Shown: positions 44,691-57,805 of the stretch, one piece after another
Position numbering within the stretch: the first letter of the stretch is position 1
How the letters are laid out: each line of letters starts with the position of its first letter
Assembly (NCBI RefSeq): GCF_009914755.1
Contig: NC_060930.1
DNA from: the human T2T-CHM13v2.0 reference genome, Homo sapiens
Length of the DNA stretch: 64,000 nucleotides
Direction: 5' to 3' (one strand)
Notes under the pieces: generated by a model
What the model saw: only the letters and a program-made list of their open reading frames with translations
What the model was told of the DNA's origin: nothing
Databases searched by the model: none
Translations under genes and position numbers: made by a program

Positions 44691-45598
44691 GGGGAGACCA
44701 CACAGAAGGGAAAGGGAATTTCCAGCCATTCTGGAGCAGCGTATTTGCTGGAGAAAAGTCACCTGAGGCATCCATTCTCCACAGGCTGGTGCCCCACACA
44801 GGGAAAGCTGGGCCCATAGGCCCTGCCCAGAGTCATGCTTCCCAGATGTTTGAATATTTAGGGCTTATACATTTTCAGAAGGAAAAACAAAAAGTAAGTT
44901 GGGCTGGCCACTTTTTAATTTCATCCAATGAGGATAAGAGAAAATAAATAATCGGTGATCAACTACTTTCACCACCATTTCACAGGAGATGTGCCATGCT
45001 CGAACTCCGAAGGTGGAGGGCATGGTTCAGAATAAAGGATAGCGTTGTGAATGGAATAAAATAATGTGATGAAAGCCCCACTTTATTTTCTTGTCTCCCA
45101 AAGGACTGGGGAAAGCGCCTCTGAGAGCAGCCCCCATGAACCACTGCAGTGGGCTCAGAACCATTGCCCTGAAGTGCGTGGTGGGACTCAGAACTTTCAG
45201 GAAGACACAGGGCCAAAAGGGCCAGACTCCTCTTTCCAAATCCTGATTAGGTGAAGTTGTTTTATTAGACATTAGATCCCCCAAGCAAAAGGATTTTGTA
45301 ACTAGCAGAGAATTGCCTTGCCTTGGGGAAAATAGACTATTGCTACACCTTCCATGACTGGAAAGAGAGGAACCCAGTGTCTGCTGACCTGGAATATTTG
45401 TTCCCCAAGAATTAGCCTTTGAAGAGCTTGCTCCTCTGCCTGTTTGAGGAAGGCAGTACAATCCTCATGAGCTCTATCCAACCTTTCCTGCCAGTCCCCA
45501 GGCCTCAGATGCTCCCTAATAGCCATGCTGTGTTACCGCCTTAGAATTTCCCTTTTCTCTAGGACTGTTGTTTTTCTAAGCATTGCCTTGTACTAGTC

Positions 45599-45820
45599 CA
45601 GATGTTGGTGAAGTTTTTCTGTAAAGGACTGGATAGTAAATGTTTTAGGCTTTGTGGGTCACATGGTCTCTATTGCAACAACTCAGCTCTGCTGCTATTA
45701 TGCAAAAGCAGCCACAGACAATATGTAAACAAATGGGTGAGGCAGTGTTTCAATAAAACTTTATTTACAAAAACAGATGGAGGGCTAGATTTGACCCACA
45801 GGCCACAGTTTGCTGACTCT
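45599..45820. mobile_element. MER58A
   Basis: TTTTTCTGTAAAGG...GATAGTAAATGTTTTAGGCTTTGTGGG...AATAAAACTTTATTTACAAAAACAG...GTTTGCTGAC. Confidence 0.88.
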
Positions 45821-46101
45821 TACACTTAGCCCGTATTTCAAAATGTGAAGTTTAACCCTCCCTTTCTGTTAAAGACACTGATGATGTTTGTTACCTTTAC
45901 CCAGGGGTGGAAGGAGGAGGGACTGAGTTGTTCTTTTACTGATACCCTAGGGTCTGTGACTTTCCCTGTATCTTTCTTATTACTAAGACCTTGTGCCACA
46001 TTTATTCTCTTTTTAAACAGAACCCCAATTTTTTTGTTATGGTGGGTTTATCTTATGAATTTTAAATAATTTCTCAAACCAGGAAATAAATTCAATGTTT
46101 T

Positions 46102-46545
46102 TGTTATGAGTTAAATTTATCCACCCCACCCCACATCAAACTCGTATATTGGATTTTCAACCAAAGCTGACTAACCCCCAATACTGCAGACTGTGATCTT
46201 ATTTGGAAAAAGGGTTGTTGCAGATGTAATTGGTTAAGTTAAGATGAGGTCCTACTGGAGGAGTAGGGTGGGCCCTAAATAGAAAAGGGAAATTTGAACA
46301 CAAACACATAGAAATGGGAGCACCACGTGAAGATTGGAGTAATGCTGACACACGCAGAGGAAATGCTCAAAGCTGGGAGAGGTCTAGAACAAACTCAGTC
46401 CTGTTCTGGCACCTTCAGAGGGGACAAAGTCCTGACGACACCTAGAGCTCAGACTTCCAGCCTCCAGAACTGTGAGAGAATAAATTTCTGATTTAAGCCA
46501 CTCAGTATGCGATACGTGGCTATGGAAGCCCTAGCAAACACATAT
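46102..46545 (+). mobile_element. MLT1B-like LTR
   Basis: TGTTATGAGTTAAAT...GTGATCTTATTTGGAAA...CAGCCTCCAGAACTGTGAGAGAATAAATTTCTG. Confidence 0.8.
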
Positions 46546-48406
46546 AGTTCTGTTATGAAATGGGCTGACCCAAGGTAGACTAATGATGAATCTTGACTTT
46601 CTCAATGGGTACATGTCAGTATCACCAAGATGGAAGGTTGGGCATTTGTGACCTGGGGTTGTAGATTGAAAAAGAGTTGTTGACATATTCCTGGGTTGTT
46701 CCAGCTTTAAAGGAGATGCCATTTGGGCCTTCTTGAGAAGAAAGGTTTCATTCTTGAACTCAAGCTCAGAGGCCAGACCACTTGGAAGGGCCTGCCAGCC
46801 ACAGATATAAAGCTGTACCAGGTCTCCCTGGGAGAATGCAGGGCTGCAGGCCAGCGGGGGCCCCTTCCTTGTGTGTTCTGGTCATCTGGCTTCCATCAGT
46901 TCCTCTGCCCTGCTGGCTCAGGCTTTCTTCTTTAATCCTTAAGGTATTTTTTGCATCATTTAAGTGTTTCTGCTTCCTGCTGATACCAAGATACACAGAA
47001 GTTGCCCGGAATGTGGTGGAGTGAACTTAAATGTGAGTCACACAATCAAATCTTTTTTTAAAATTGAACAGATTTTTGTCTCTATCCGCTGTATGCATGT
47101 GTTCCTCACACCAGCTTTCTGCCCATACCATGGGAAGGAGAGACTCAGAGGGTCCTTCTCTGAAAACATGTACCAGGGACACACCTTTCAGGAATAAAAT
47201 TCTTCCCTTTCTTTACGCCTCACTGGGCAATGTCCTGGAAACCAACAGAATTCCAAACACCGCTGTCTATTCCAAGATAAGAACACAAATGGCCCTCTGG
47301 ATAGATAAGCCTGTGGAACTGATGCTTCATTGTCATTCTTCCACTGTACAAATGTCGACTGAACTTCCAACACAGACCCAACTGTTGGCACCACTATTCT
47401 GTAAGCATTCCAAAGGGTATGAGAAAAGGGTGTGTTTGCCAACATTTTCATCCCCAGTTGTAAAAGAGGCCCATAGTCCCACAGACGCTCAGCATTGATT
47501 CTTTTAGACATCACCTCGACTTAGCACAGTCCACTAGGATCTTCATAAAGGCATGTTTTGCTACAAGTTTAGCATCGTGGTTGCTATCTTATTTTGCTTT
47601 GTTAATTTTCCCATCTCCCCTTCTTCGCTTCACCAAGCTCCCTGACTCTGACACCCAACCATCTCAAGGCTTGCATGGAAGTGTGTACAGTTGCCCATTA
47701 GTGCTCTCTTGCCAATATGCTTTCTGTACCCCTGGGTCCTGCCCTGGCCATCTTCCCTTCACTAGCAACCTGCCTGAAGTTCACTGCACTTGAGCATCAT
47801 TAATGGTACTTTATAATATGTTCTTATTCCTCCTTCTTCTCACCTTCCAAATGTCCCAATCCCATGACCCATTTCTGTAGACATCTGCTCCTTGGCAGCT
47901 GGGAGAAAGGAGGAGGCACCATAACAGGCAGGATGGGAATGGTTGCCACTGGCTTGGCAATTGAACAAAGATGGCAGCTGGGCTCTCTGTTTGTGTGACT
48001 TCACTTGTTCTGTGAACTGAAAGGTCTGGCAGGGTTTGTGTTGCCCACCAAGAGAGTACGAATCACTCCATCCTTTTGTGTTTTATACAGGCTTTCATCA
48101 GTGTATACATCACAATTAGACTAAACCAATTACTTATTGTCATGCCTGTCTTCCCTGTTAGGAAATGGCAATGACTTTCATTTTTCCATCAACCTAAAGG
48201 CCTTTAAAGGTCTTTGTGCCTGCTAGGTGAAAACTGGAGCAATAGAATGTTAAAGCTTTGAGAACCTCTGATACAACCTTCTCCTGTCATACAAGGAAAC
48301 TGAGGCTCAGAAAGTTGGCTTGCTCAGCAGAGATGAGGGAATGTCTGCTGGCTTTGAAATCATATTTATCTGTGTTCAAAGCCTTCCTCTTCCGACAGCT
48401 GGATGA

Positions 48407-48738
<332 letters not shown>

Positions 48739-49214
48739 CAAGATATATCTGTCAACCTCTGTTTTCTCATCTGTAGAAAGAGAATACTGCAGTGATAGCC
48801 ACTTTGAAAGGTTGTTATAAGGAATAAACAAAATAATACCTGTTAAGTGACTAGCACAACTGTTGACACCTTAACGAATGGTAGTTCATTCACTTCCCAC
48901 CAATCCTCTCCCATCCTGGGTCTATGACTCCCCCATGAATAGTGAAGAGTTCTGTGCTCTTCTCTCTATTTCATGTGGACTTCCTAATATTTAATTGCTT
49001 AAGCTAGTGGTGAGAGGTTTTGCTTTGCAGTCAGTATTTTCCAGATGGCACAGGGATTACCAGAAGGGCTACCTCCCAGTGGGCAATGGTAGTTTCCCAT
49101 GTGCTCTGCACCTAGAATGAAATAACAGGATTTAGGCTGTCATAGAAAACTCAGAATCAAGTACTCCTTGCTGAGTGGCCTTTGAAAATTTTTGTCCATT
49201 TGGACATATGGATG

Positions 49215-49470
49215 GGAAGCAGTACAGGGCAGTGGTTCAGAACATGGACTTCAAGTCAGACAAATATGACCTCAAACCCCATCTCTGCTTTTCATTATGT
49301 GGAGTTGGACATGTTACTTAACCTCACTGTGCCTCAATTTATTTATCTGTAAAATGGGAATAACAATAATATCTTCCTTAGAGGTTGTTGTAAAAATTAA
49401 ATGCAGTAGTATACACAAAGGACCTGGCATTTGGTGGGCACTCTCATGGTGGCTATCATTGGTATTACTA
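49215..49470 (+). mobile_element. MIR (near full length)
   Basis: CAGTGGTTCAGAACATGGACT...TTACTTAACCTCACTGTGCCTCAATTT...CTGTAAAATGGGAATAA. Confidence 0.8.
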
Positions 49471-49549
49471 TCATCTCCTCTGTTAGAAAGTGGCTCAGGA
49501 ATCAGTGGCTTGTACTCTAAAACTCAGTGGGAAAAAGTCCCTTTAGGAA

Positions 49550-50178
49550 AGCTTATCCACTGCTGGTGGGAATGTAAATTAGTTTAGCCATTGTGGAAAG
49601 AAGTTTGGTGATTTCTCAAGGAACTTAAAACAGAACTATCATTTGACCCAGCAATCCCATTACTGAGTATACCCAAAGGAATATAAATCATCCTACCCTA
49701 AATACGCATTCTGTGTATGTTCATTGCAGTACTATTCACAACAGCAAAGACATGGAATCAACCTAAATGCCCATCAATGGTAGACTAGATAAAGAAAATG
49801 TGGTACATATACACCATGGGATACTATGTAGCCATAGAAAAGAATGAGATCATGTCCTCTGCAGTAACATAGATGCAGCTGGGGGCCATTATCCAAAGCA
49901 AGCTTACGCAGGAACAGAAAACCAAATACTGCATGTTTTCATTTATAAGTGGGAGTTAAATATTGAGTACACGTGTCACAAAGAAGGGAACAATAGACAC
50001 CAGGGCTTACTTGAGGGTGGAAGGTAGGAGGAGGGTGAGGATCAAAAAACTATCTATCAGGTACTATGCTTATTACCTGGGTTGATGAACTAATCTGTAT
50101 ACCAAACTCCCCCAACATGCAATTTACCTATATAATCAATCTGCGCATGTACCCCTGAACTTAAAATAAAAGTTAAGG
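49550..50178 (+). mobile_element. L1 3' end (L1PA15-16/L1PB-type)
   Basis: CTGCTGGTGGGAATGTAAATTAG...GACCCAGCAATCCCATTACT...GTACCCCTGAACTTAAAATAAAAG. Confidence 0.9.
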
Positions 50179-50539
50179 AAACACAAGTTCTTCCATAATG
50201 CTCTTAACTATTTGGATTTGTCACTGGTTCAGTGACCCTGAAATTAATATTTTTAAACATCATCTATAATTACTTTGAACTGTGCTGGGTATCATGATTA
50301 GAGAGAAATTTGAAACCATGATTTGTGTTCCACAAAATTGTAAAATCCATTTGGACAGAAGATAGAGGATGTTTTACTTGATGGAAGGCTAGACTCTGAG
50401 TCAGGAAAACTGGGCTCTACTCTCAACTCTGCCATTAACAAATTATGTGATATTTGGCAAACTGTCATTGGCTTTGCCTCAGTTTTCTCAGCTGTAATGT
50501 GAGGTGGTTTGAAAATTTTCCAGCAGGAACAATCATTTG

Positions 50540-51870
50540 TATATTCGTACAACAGATTAAATTGTTTTTGGGGCTAGAGATACAGAAGTGAGCAAAATAG
50601 ACAAAGCCCTGCCCTCCTGGGGTTCCAGTGTTGAGACAGAGATAGAACATGCAAGAAAACATCTAGTGTGTCGAATGATGATCAAGGCCACAGAGAAAAC
50701 GCAGCAGGGAAGGGGGACAGGAAGTACTGGTACAGATTGGGAAGTTGGCTGTCATTTTAAATAGCATGGCCAGAGAATGCCACACAGAGAAGGTAACATT
50801 TCATCCAGGCCTTAAAAGGAAGTAAGGAAACCAGCCATGTGGCTGCCTGGGGAAAATGTCTTCCAGGCTGGTGAAACAGTAAACATATGAGAGAGGGGCA
50901 TGCCTGGCATGGGTGGAGGAACAGCAAAAAGGTGAGTGTGACTAGAGCGAGTGAAGGAGGGGAGAGGAGATGAAGTGAGAGAATGGATGGCAGGGAGGCC
51001 CAATCCTTCAGGGCCCGGAGGTCACTGGACAGATCCTGGCTTTTGCTCTATGGGAAATGGCTGCCATTGATGAGTTGAGTAGAGGAGCAACATGGTCTGA
51101 TTATGATCTAAAGGATCTCTCTGACTACTGGGTAAAGAATAGTCTAAGATGGAACAAAGGCAGAGCAATACTCAAGATGAAGGCTGAGGTGGGAGGGCCA
51201 CTCAAGCCCAGGAGTTCGAGGCTATAGTGCATTATGATCACATCTGTGAATAGCTGCTGCACCCAAGCCTGCACAGCATGACATGACCCATCTCTATTAA
51301 ATAAAAAAATAGTCAAGATGAGAAATGATGGTAGCTTGGATCAAGATCCCAGCAGTGAAGGTGGTAAACAGTGGCAAGACTCAAGGTATATGTTGAAGGT
51401 AGAGTTGACAGGATTTGCTGTCGGACTGGGAGATAAGAATGAAAAGAAAAATGAATGAAGAACTCTTGGCTTGAGAAACTGCAAGGATGCAGTTGATGTT
51501 AAGATGGGAAACAGTGTAGATGCGGCAGGTTTTGGGGGAAGATCAGGAGTTTGATTTTGAGAAAGTTAACATTTCAGATGCCTGTTAGGCACTTCAGTGG
51601 GCAGCTGACATATGAGTCTAGAGTCCAGGCAAGAGCTAGATCTGGAAGACGTCAGCTTATAAATGGCATTTACAGCCGTGAGACTGGATGTAAGGCATGG
51701 TTGTAGAAACAGAAAAGAAGTCCAAACCCTGCTCCTGAGGTCTCCAGTGATAAGGATCGGGGAGGTGTGGAGAAACCAGCAAAGGTACCTGAGAAGTATT
51801 GGCCCAGGAAATACAAGGAAATCCAGGAGAGTGTGATGTCTCAGAAGCCAAGTGTGGAAAGTATTCCAGG
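50540..51870 (-). mobile_element. Long L2 fragment
   Basis: GACAAAGCCCTGCCCTCCTGG...GAAGGTAGAGTTGACAGGATTTGCTG...CAGAAGCCAAG...GAAAGTATTCCAGG typical of reverse L2. Confidence 0.75.
51181..51309 (+). mobile_element. Ancient Alu monomer (FAM/FLAM_A-like, 5'-truncated)
   Basis: 7SL-like CTGTGAATAGC segment; TSD AATA(C/G)TCAAGATGA. Confidence 0.75.
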
Positions 51871-52859
51871 AAATCTATAAACCTATGACAAAACAGTCTG
51901 AAGAAATGAAGAGATGGCCTTCAGAGATTCATGCGTAGGCATGGATTAGAGTCCATTGTTCCTGAGGTTCCTGAGAGCTTGGGGGCAGGGCTGGTATTAG
52001 GCTCAGAACAGGAGGAGGATCTAGGTGGAAGTTGTTTATGCAATTACCTTTCAGCCTTTTCTAAGCAGGTTATACACAAGACTGACAGACTGTAGTTGGG
52101 CAATTAAGTAGGACTCAGAGGGTAGGATAGAGTGTTGAAAGAAAAAAATTAACATTTTAGATCAAAATTCATCTCAACTACAAGCTATTAAATGTCTTTC
52201 CTGTGTTTCTTTCCATACACTTTTAATTATTTCTTGGTCAGAAACATCCTGTTGGTGAATGCCTAGAAGGGTCAGCCATTCCCCAAATTCTTTTGAAATG
52301 CTGAGTTCTAAGTTATGAAAGTTGTTTCTCTTAGAAGGGCATCTGAAGATGAAAGTCAACCTCTCCCCTGCTCAGCAGTGAATTACATTGGCCTCTCTTA
52401 TTATTCCCTCATTTTTATGAAATGGAGACTCTTTCACAATGTTTAATGGGCTCTTCACATGTTATTTCACGGACCATTAACATAACTGGATAATAGAATT
52501 GATGGTTAAAATACCCTACTTATCCCATGTAAGGTGTGAATACGCCACGATTAACCCAGGACAGAAGAGGGCAAGAGCAAAGCCATCCGACACAAAGCAA
52601 GAGTGGTTCAGAAGCACAGGAAGTGGGTGCCCTGCCTGCCTGTTTGGGAGAAATAATAATGATCATAATGGCTATCATTTATGTTCTATACTCATCCCCT
52701 TTTCCAGTCTGTACACAAATTGTATGAGGCAATATTGTCCCCACTTTTTAAAAAAGTAAATTACTGAGGATCCCCTGGCCGAAGGGGTGTGCTATCAAAG
52801 GTGCCTGAATAACGACCTACTGCAGCCTAGCCCAAGTGGCACATCAAACTCACCATCAT

Positions 52860-53233
52860 AGGTGCCCCCCAGAATTCATGTATTGAAGCCCCGACCCCCA
52901 GTACTTGATGTGTGGCTGTATTTGGAGGGAAGGCTTTTAAAGAGGTAATGAAGATTAAATGAGGCCATTAGGGTGGGGCCCTAATCCAGTAAGTCCAGTG
53001 TCCTTACAAGGAGAGAAAGAGACCCCAGGGATGCGCACACATAGAAGAAAGGCTGTGTGAGGACACAGCAAGAAGGTGGCTCTCTGCAAGCCAAGAAGAG
53101 AGGCCTCAGGAGAATGTGACCCTTCCGGCACTTTGATCTTGGACTTCCAGCCTCCAGAATGGTGAGAAAGAAATTTATGTTTAAGCCACCCCAACTGTGG
53201 TATTTGCTATAGCAGCCTTAGCATACTAAGATA
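52860..53233 (+). mobile_element. MLT1A-like LTR
   Basis: CCCCCCAGAATTCATGTATTGAAG...GGGCCCTAATCC...CTTGGACTTCCAGCCTCCAGAA...ACTAAGATA. Confidence 0.85.
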
Positions 53234-53900
53234 GGGTGGTATCAGGTCTGCGGTAGACATATTTTGGAGCACTCTTTTTGTGAAATGGACACTCTTATCC
53301 TCTACTTAATTAGCGGTGGTGGGGAAGGTGTCATGTTTGTGCCACACGACCCTTGGCTGCCTATAGCTGTGGACCAGGGGTATATGGCAGGCTCCTGGCA
53401 ATCAGATCTCTGTCCTGGGAGTTTATAATTGGAAGACTGAGAAATGGAGTCAGTTAGACAATGAAGGTCAAGGCAGTGGTGATGCCACAGAGTCCTGAGG
53501 CCATGGTGGTCTGTGGGTGAGCAGAAAAACTTGGCCTTCCATTGGAGAGAGCAAGGGATATGTGGAAAGAGAGAGGGACTCTGTAGTCTCAGAATCAGAG
53601 AGATGAAAGAGAAGCCACCTGGTGATGTCTGAGTCCTGTGAGACCCTGCTTTGCTTCCTGCCCTTGGATTCTGGGAGCATCTCTGTATCCTTCCAATAAG
53701 TCTTCAACTCTGCCTAGTCTGAGTGGATTTCTCTTCCTTGTGATCAAACCGAATCAGACACCAAGCTCAGGCTCTTTCCATGTGTATAGTGTGCTAGGCC
53801 CATCTAAGGCAATCCCTCACGGCCCAGCAGCACTCCTGAACATTCAGGATCTTTCTCCTTCAGTACAGCTTTATTAATTCTACAAAAGCATGTTAGATGC

Positions 53901-54050
53901 TGTGTTGGTCAGGGTTCTCCAGAGAAACAGAACCAGGAGATCATATATACAAAGAGACTGATTTGAAGGAATTGGCTTATGTGATTGTGGGGGTTGGCAA
54001 GTCCAAAATCATGAAGGAAGCCAACGACAGGTTGGAATCTCTGAGGCAGG
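53901..54050. mobile_element. MLT2 LTR fragment
   Basis: TCAGGGTTCTCCAGAGAAACAGAACC...AAGGAATTGGCTTATGTGATTGTGGGGGTTGGCAAGTCC. Confidence 0.7.
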
Positions 54051-54072
54051 TGGTTTGATGTAAATTAAGGAT

Positions 54073-54392
54073 AGGAGTTGACAAATGTTTTCTGTAAAGG
54101 GCCAGACTGTAATTATATTAGTCTCTGTGGGTCATTGTTTCTGTTGCAACCACTTAACTCTGCCATTGTATTGTGAAAGCAACCACAGACATTATGTAAC
54201 TAAATGGGCATGGCTGTGTTCCAACAAAACTTTATAAATACTGGATTAGGGATTTCACATAATTTTTTAGTGTGTTAAAATATTATTTTAAATCTTTTTG
54301 ATCATTTAAAACTTAAGAAACTTACTAGCTCACAGGCAGTAGAAAAATAGGGTGGGTAGTTTGGCTCACAGGCTCATAGTTTACTGACCCCT
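54073..54392. mobile_element. MER58B
   Basis: MER58 termini (TTTTCTGTAAAGGGCCAGA ... TAGTTTACTGACCCCT) with the longer internal segment. Confidence 0.8.
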
Positions 54393-55155
54393 AATTTAGA
54401 ACAATAATTAAAATATTGCAGTTAAAGAAGATTCACATCAAAACTTCTATGTTGTTCAAAAAGACAATGATTGAGTAAATTGAAGTACAATCACTTCTAA
54501 AAATTTTTGCAATTAAAGTAATATAAAGACTATATAGCAATATTGAAATGCTGTGATAAATTGCAAGTGGAAAAAGCAGACTCCAAAATTACGTCTACTC
54601 TGATTTTAACTATGTTGCATGAATCTTGAATAAACTATGTGCAAATTATGTATGCACAAGGATTGAAAGGGAAAAATGAAAGCTGTTTGATTTGAATGAA
54701 GCTGGGACTGTGGGTAATTTGTTTTTGCTTAAATGGGAGTATCGAGTTTCCTTCTAATTCTCAGGTTCTATGATGCCATTACCATGGACATTTAGTTTAA
54801 ATAATTTATTAGGCCATCCCCCTTTGCAGATAAGGAAGGAAGAGGACGTAATTTAGATTGGTCAGAGATCAGAGTTTCAAGTAGTGTTCCAGTTAACCAT
54901 TGCTGAGTAACAAACAACCCTACACTTAGTGGCCTCAAACAACCACCGTTTTATTAAGTTTATGGATTCTGTGGGTGAGAAATTCAATCAGGGCACAGTA
55001 GCCATGGCTTGCCTCCACCGTAAGATGTCTGTGGCTTCAGCTGGGAAGACCTGAATGGCTGCAGGGGACTCAAATGTCTGGGTTCTGTAGCATGCTCTTC
55101 TGAGATAACATCTTCATTTGCACTGGAATCTGGGCAGGAATCACTCCTAGGACGG

Positions 55156-55612
55156 TGAGTTAGTTTCCTAAGGCTTTCATAATGAAGTACCACAAACTGG
55201 ATGGCTTAAAACAACAGAAATTTATTGTCCACAGTTCTGGAAGCTGGAAGTCTAAGATGAAAGTGTTGGCAAAGTTGATTTCTTCTGAGGTCAGGAAGGA
55301 ACAGTCTGTTTCATGCCTCTTTTCTATCTCCTGGTCATTGGCTGGCAACGTTTGGCATTCCTTGGCTTATGGAGGAGTCACCCTGATCTCTGCCTTCATT
55401 TCCACACGATGTTCTTTCTCTGTGTGTGTGTTGTCTCTGTGCCCACATCCTCTTTTTTCATAAGGACACCCATCATTTTGGATTAGGGCCCACCCTAATG
55501 ACCTTATCCTCACCTGATCATCTGCAAAACCCTGTTTCCGAATAAGGTCACATTCACAGATACTGGGGATTAGGTCTTTAACATTTCTGCGGAGACGCAG
55601 TTCAACCCATAG
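55156..55612 (-). mobile_element. MLT1B/C-like LTR
   Basis: TTAGTTTCCTAAGG...GGCTTAAAACAACAGAAATTTATT...AATAAGGTCACATTCACAG...GTTCAACCCATA. Confidence 0.8.
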
Positions 55613-55665
55613 AAGCTGAGCTCAGCTGGGACTGCCTACACAGTGCCTCCATATAGCCTCTACAT

Positions 55666-56754
55666 TACTGGGCGAAATTCACCCCCGATATTTCACATAG
55701 GTTCTTATCTATTTTCCTTAAGTGTTGGCTGGTCTGAGAAATAAAGGGAAAGAGTACAAAAGAGAGAAATTTTAAAGCTGGGTGTCTGGGGGAGACATCA
55801 CACATCAGCAGGTTCCATGATGCCCCCTGAGCCATAAAACCAGCAAGTTTTTATTAGTGATTTTCAAAAGGGGAGGGAGTGTACGAATAGGGTGTGGATC
55901 ACAGAGATCACATGCTTCACAAGGTAATAAGATATCACAAGGTAAATGGAGGCAGGGCGAGATCACAGGACCACAGGACCGGGGTGAAATTAAAATTACT
56001 AATGAAGTTTCAGGCAGGCATTTTCACTGATAACATCTCATCAGGAAACAGGGTTTGAGAGCAGACAACCGGTCTGACCAAAATTTATTAGGCAGGAATT
56101 TCCTCATCCTAATAAGCCTGGGAGTGCTATGGGAGACCGGGGCTTATTTCATCCCACTGCGATGACCGTAAAAGACAGCCACCCCCAAAGCGGCCATTTT
56201 AGAGGCCTCCCCTCAGGGACACATTCTCTTTCTCAGGGATGTTCCTGGCTGAGAAAAAGAATTCAGCAATATTTCTCCCATTTGCTTTTGAAAGAAGAGA
56301 AATATGGCTCTGTTTCACCCAGCTCACTGGCAGTCAGAGTTTAAGGTTATCTCTTTTGTTCCCTGAACATTGCTGTTATCCTGTTCTTTTTTCAAGGTGC
56401 CCAGATTTCATATTTTTCAAACACACATGCTGTACAAACAATTTTTGTAGTTAACGCAATCATCACAGGGTCCTCAGGTGACATACATCCTCCTCAGCTT
56501 ACGAAGATGATGGGATTAAGAGATTAAAGTAAAGACAGGCATAGGAAATCACAAGGGTATTGATTGGTGAAGTGATAAGTGTCCATGAAATCTTCACAAT
56601 TTTTGTTCGGAGATTGCAGTAAAGACAGGCATAAGAAATTATAAAAGTATTAATTTGGGGAACTAATAAATGTCCATGAAATCTTCACAATTTATGTTCT
56701 TCTGCCATGGCTTCAGCCAGTCCCTCTGTTCAGGGTTCCTGACTTCCCGCAACA
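55666..56754 (-). mobile_element. MER11 (HERV-K11/HML-8) solo LTR
   Basis: Reverse complement starts TGTTGCGGGAAGTCAGGAACCCTGAACAGAGGGACTGGCTGAAGCCATGGCAGAAGAAC; about 1.09 kb; 6-bp TSD CT(A/C)CAT. Confidence 0.9.
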
Positions 56755-56981
56755 CTCCATCTGGCATGGAGCTGAGTTCTGAGAGGGAGTATCCCTGAAG
56801 CGAGCCTAAGTGAATCAGGTAGAAGCTGCATGGACTTTTATGCACTAGCTTTGGAAGCCATGGTCTATTGGTAGAAGCAGTCACAAGCTTGCCCAAATTC
56901 AAGATGAGGGGCATAGAATTTATCTTTGAATGAGAGGAGTATCAAATAATTTGCCACCACTGTTTTTAAAAAGTGGACTTC

Positions 56982-57123
56982 GGCCAGGTGCAGTGGCTCA
57001 CCCTGTAATCCCAGCACTTTGGGAGGCTGAGGTGGGAGGATCACTTGAGCCTAGGAGTTTGAAACCAGCCTGGTCAAAATAGCGAGGCCCTGTATCTTAA
57101 AACAAAACAAAACAAAACAAAAA
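56982..57123 (+). mobile_element. Alu left monomer (FLAM_C-like)
   Basis: Single arm followed by a (CAAAA)n tail; GACTTC on both flanks. Confidence 0.85.
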
Positions 57124-57134
57124 CCAGACTTCAT

Positions 57135-57202
57135 TATACATATACATATGTATGTGTGTGTGTGTGTGTTTGTATATATGTATATATCTATATATATATA
57201 TA
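57135..57202. repeat. (TA)n/(TG)n microsatellite
   Basis: Direct reading. Confidence 0.85.
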
Positions 57203-57523
57203 TTTTTTTTTTTTGAGACTGGGTCTCACTCTGTCACCCAGGCTAGAGTACAGTGGCACCATCACTGTACTCTTACTGCAGCCTTAAACTCCTGAGCTTA
57301 AATGATCCTGATCCTCTCACCCCAGCCTCCCAAGTAGCTGGGTCTATAGTATAGGTGTGCACCACACACCCGGCTAAGTTTAAAAAAATTTTTTTTGTAA
57401 GAGATAAAGTCTCACCTTCTCACTTTGTTGCCCAGGCTGGTCTCAAACTCCTGAGCTTAAGTGATCCTCCCGCTTTGACCTCCCAAAGTGCTGAGATTAC
57501 AGGTGTGAGCTGACATGCCTGGC
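57203..57523 (-). mobile_element. Alu (AluJ-like)
   Basis: Diverged reverse dimeric Alu. Confidence 0.9.
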
Positions 57524-57524
57524 T

Positions 57525-57805
57525 GATTTCATTTTTTAGAGCAGTGGTTGGTGCACAGCAAAACTGAGAGGAAGGTACAGAGGTTTCCCATATAATTCCT
57601 GCCCCTACAAATGCACAGCCTCCCCTATTATTAACATCCCCCACCAGAATGGTGCATTTGTTACAATTGATGAACTGACGCTGATGCATCATCACCCAAA
57701 GTCTACAGTTGACATCAGCGTTCACTGTTGATGTTGTACATTTCATGGGAATGCATAATGACATGTATCCACCATTATAGTTTCAGTGCCCTAAAAATTC
57801 CTCTG
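57525..57805 (-). mobile_element. L1MC-type 3' end
   Basis: TTTTTTAGAGCAG...CACAGCAAAACTGAG...CATTTGTTACAATTGATGAAC matches reverse L1MC 3'UTR. Confidence 0.75.

Larger units (their letters stand above)
54884..56970 (-). mobile_element. Old MLT1 (MLT1H-like) LTR hosting two younger LTRs
   Basis: Pieces at 54884-55155, 55613-55665 and 56755-56970 read as one colinear element (GCTGAGTAACAAACAACCC...GGATTCTGTGGG...TCAGCTGGGA...GTCACAAG...CAAATTCAAG). Confidence 0.6.

Noticed and set aside
56520-56700. Direct repeats (GTCCATGAAATCTTCACAATTT; GTAAAGACAGGCATA) that look array-like
   Set aside because: Intrinsic internal duplication of MER11 LTRs; not CRISPR-like or novel.
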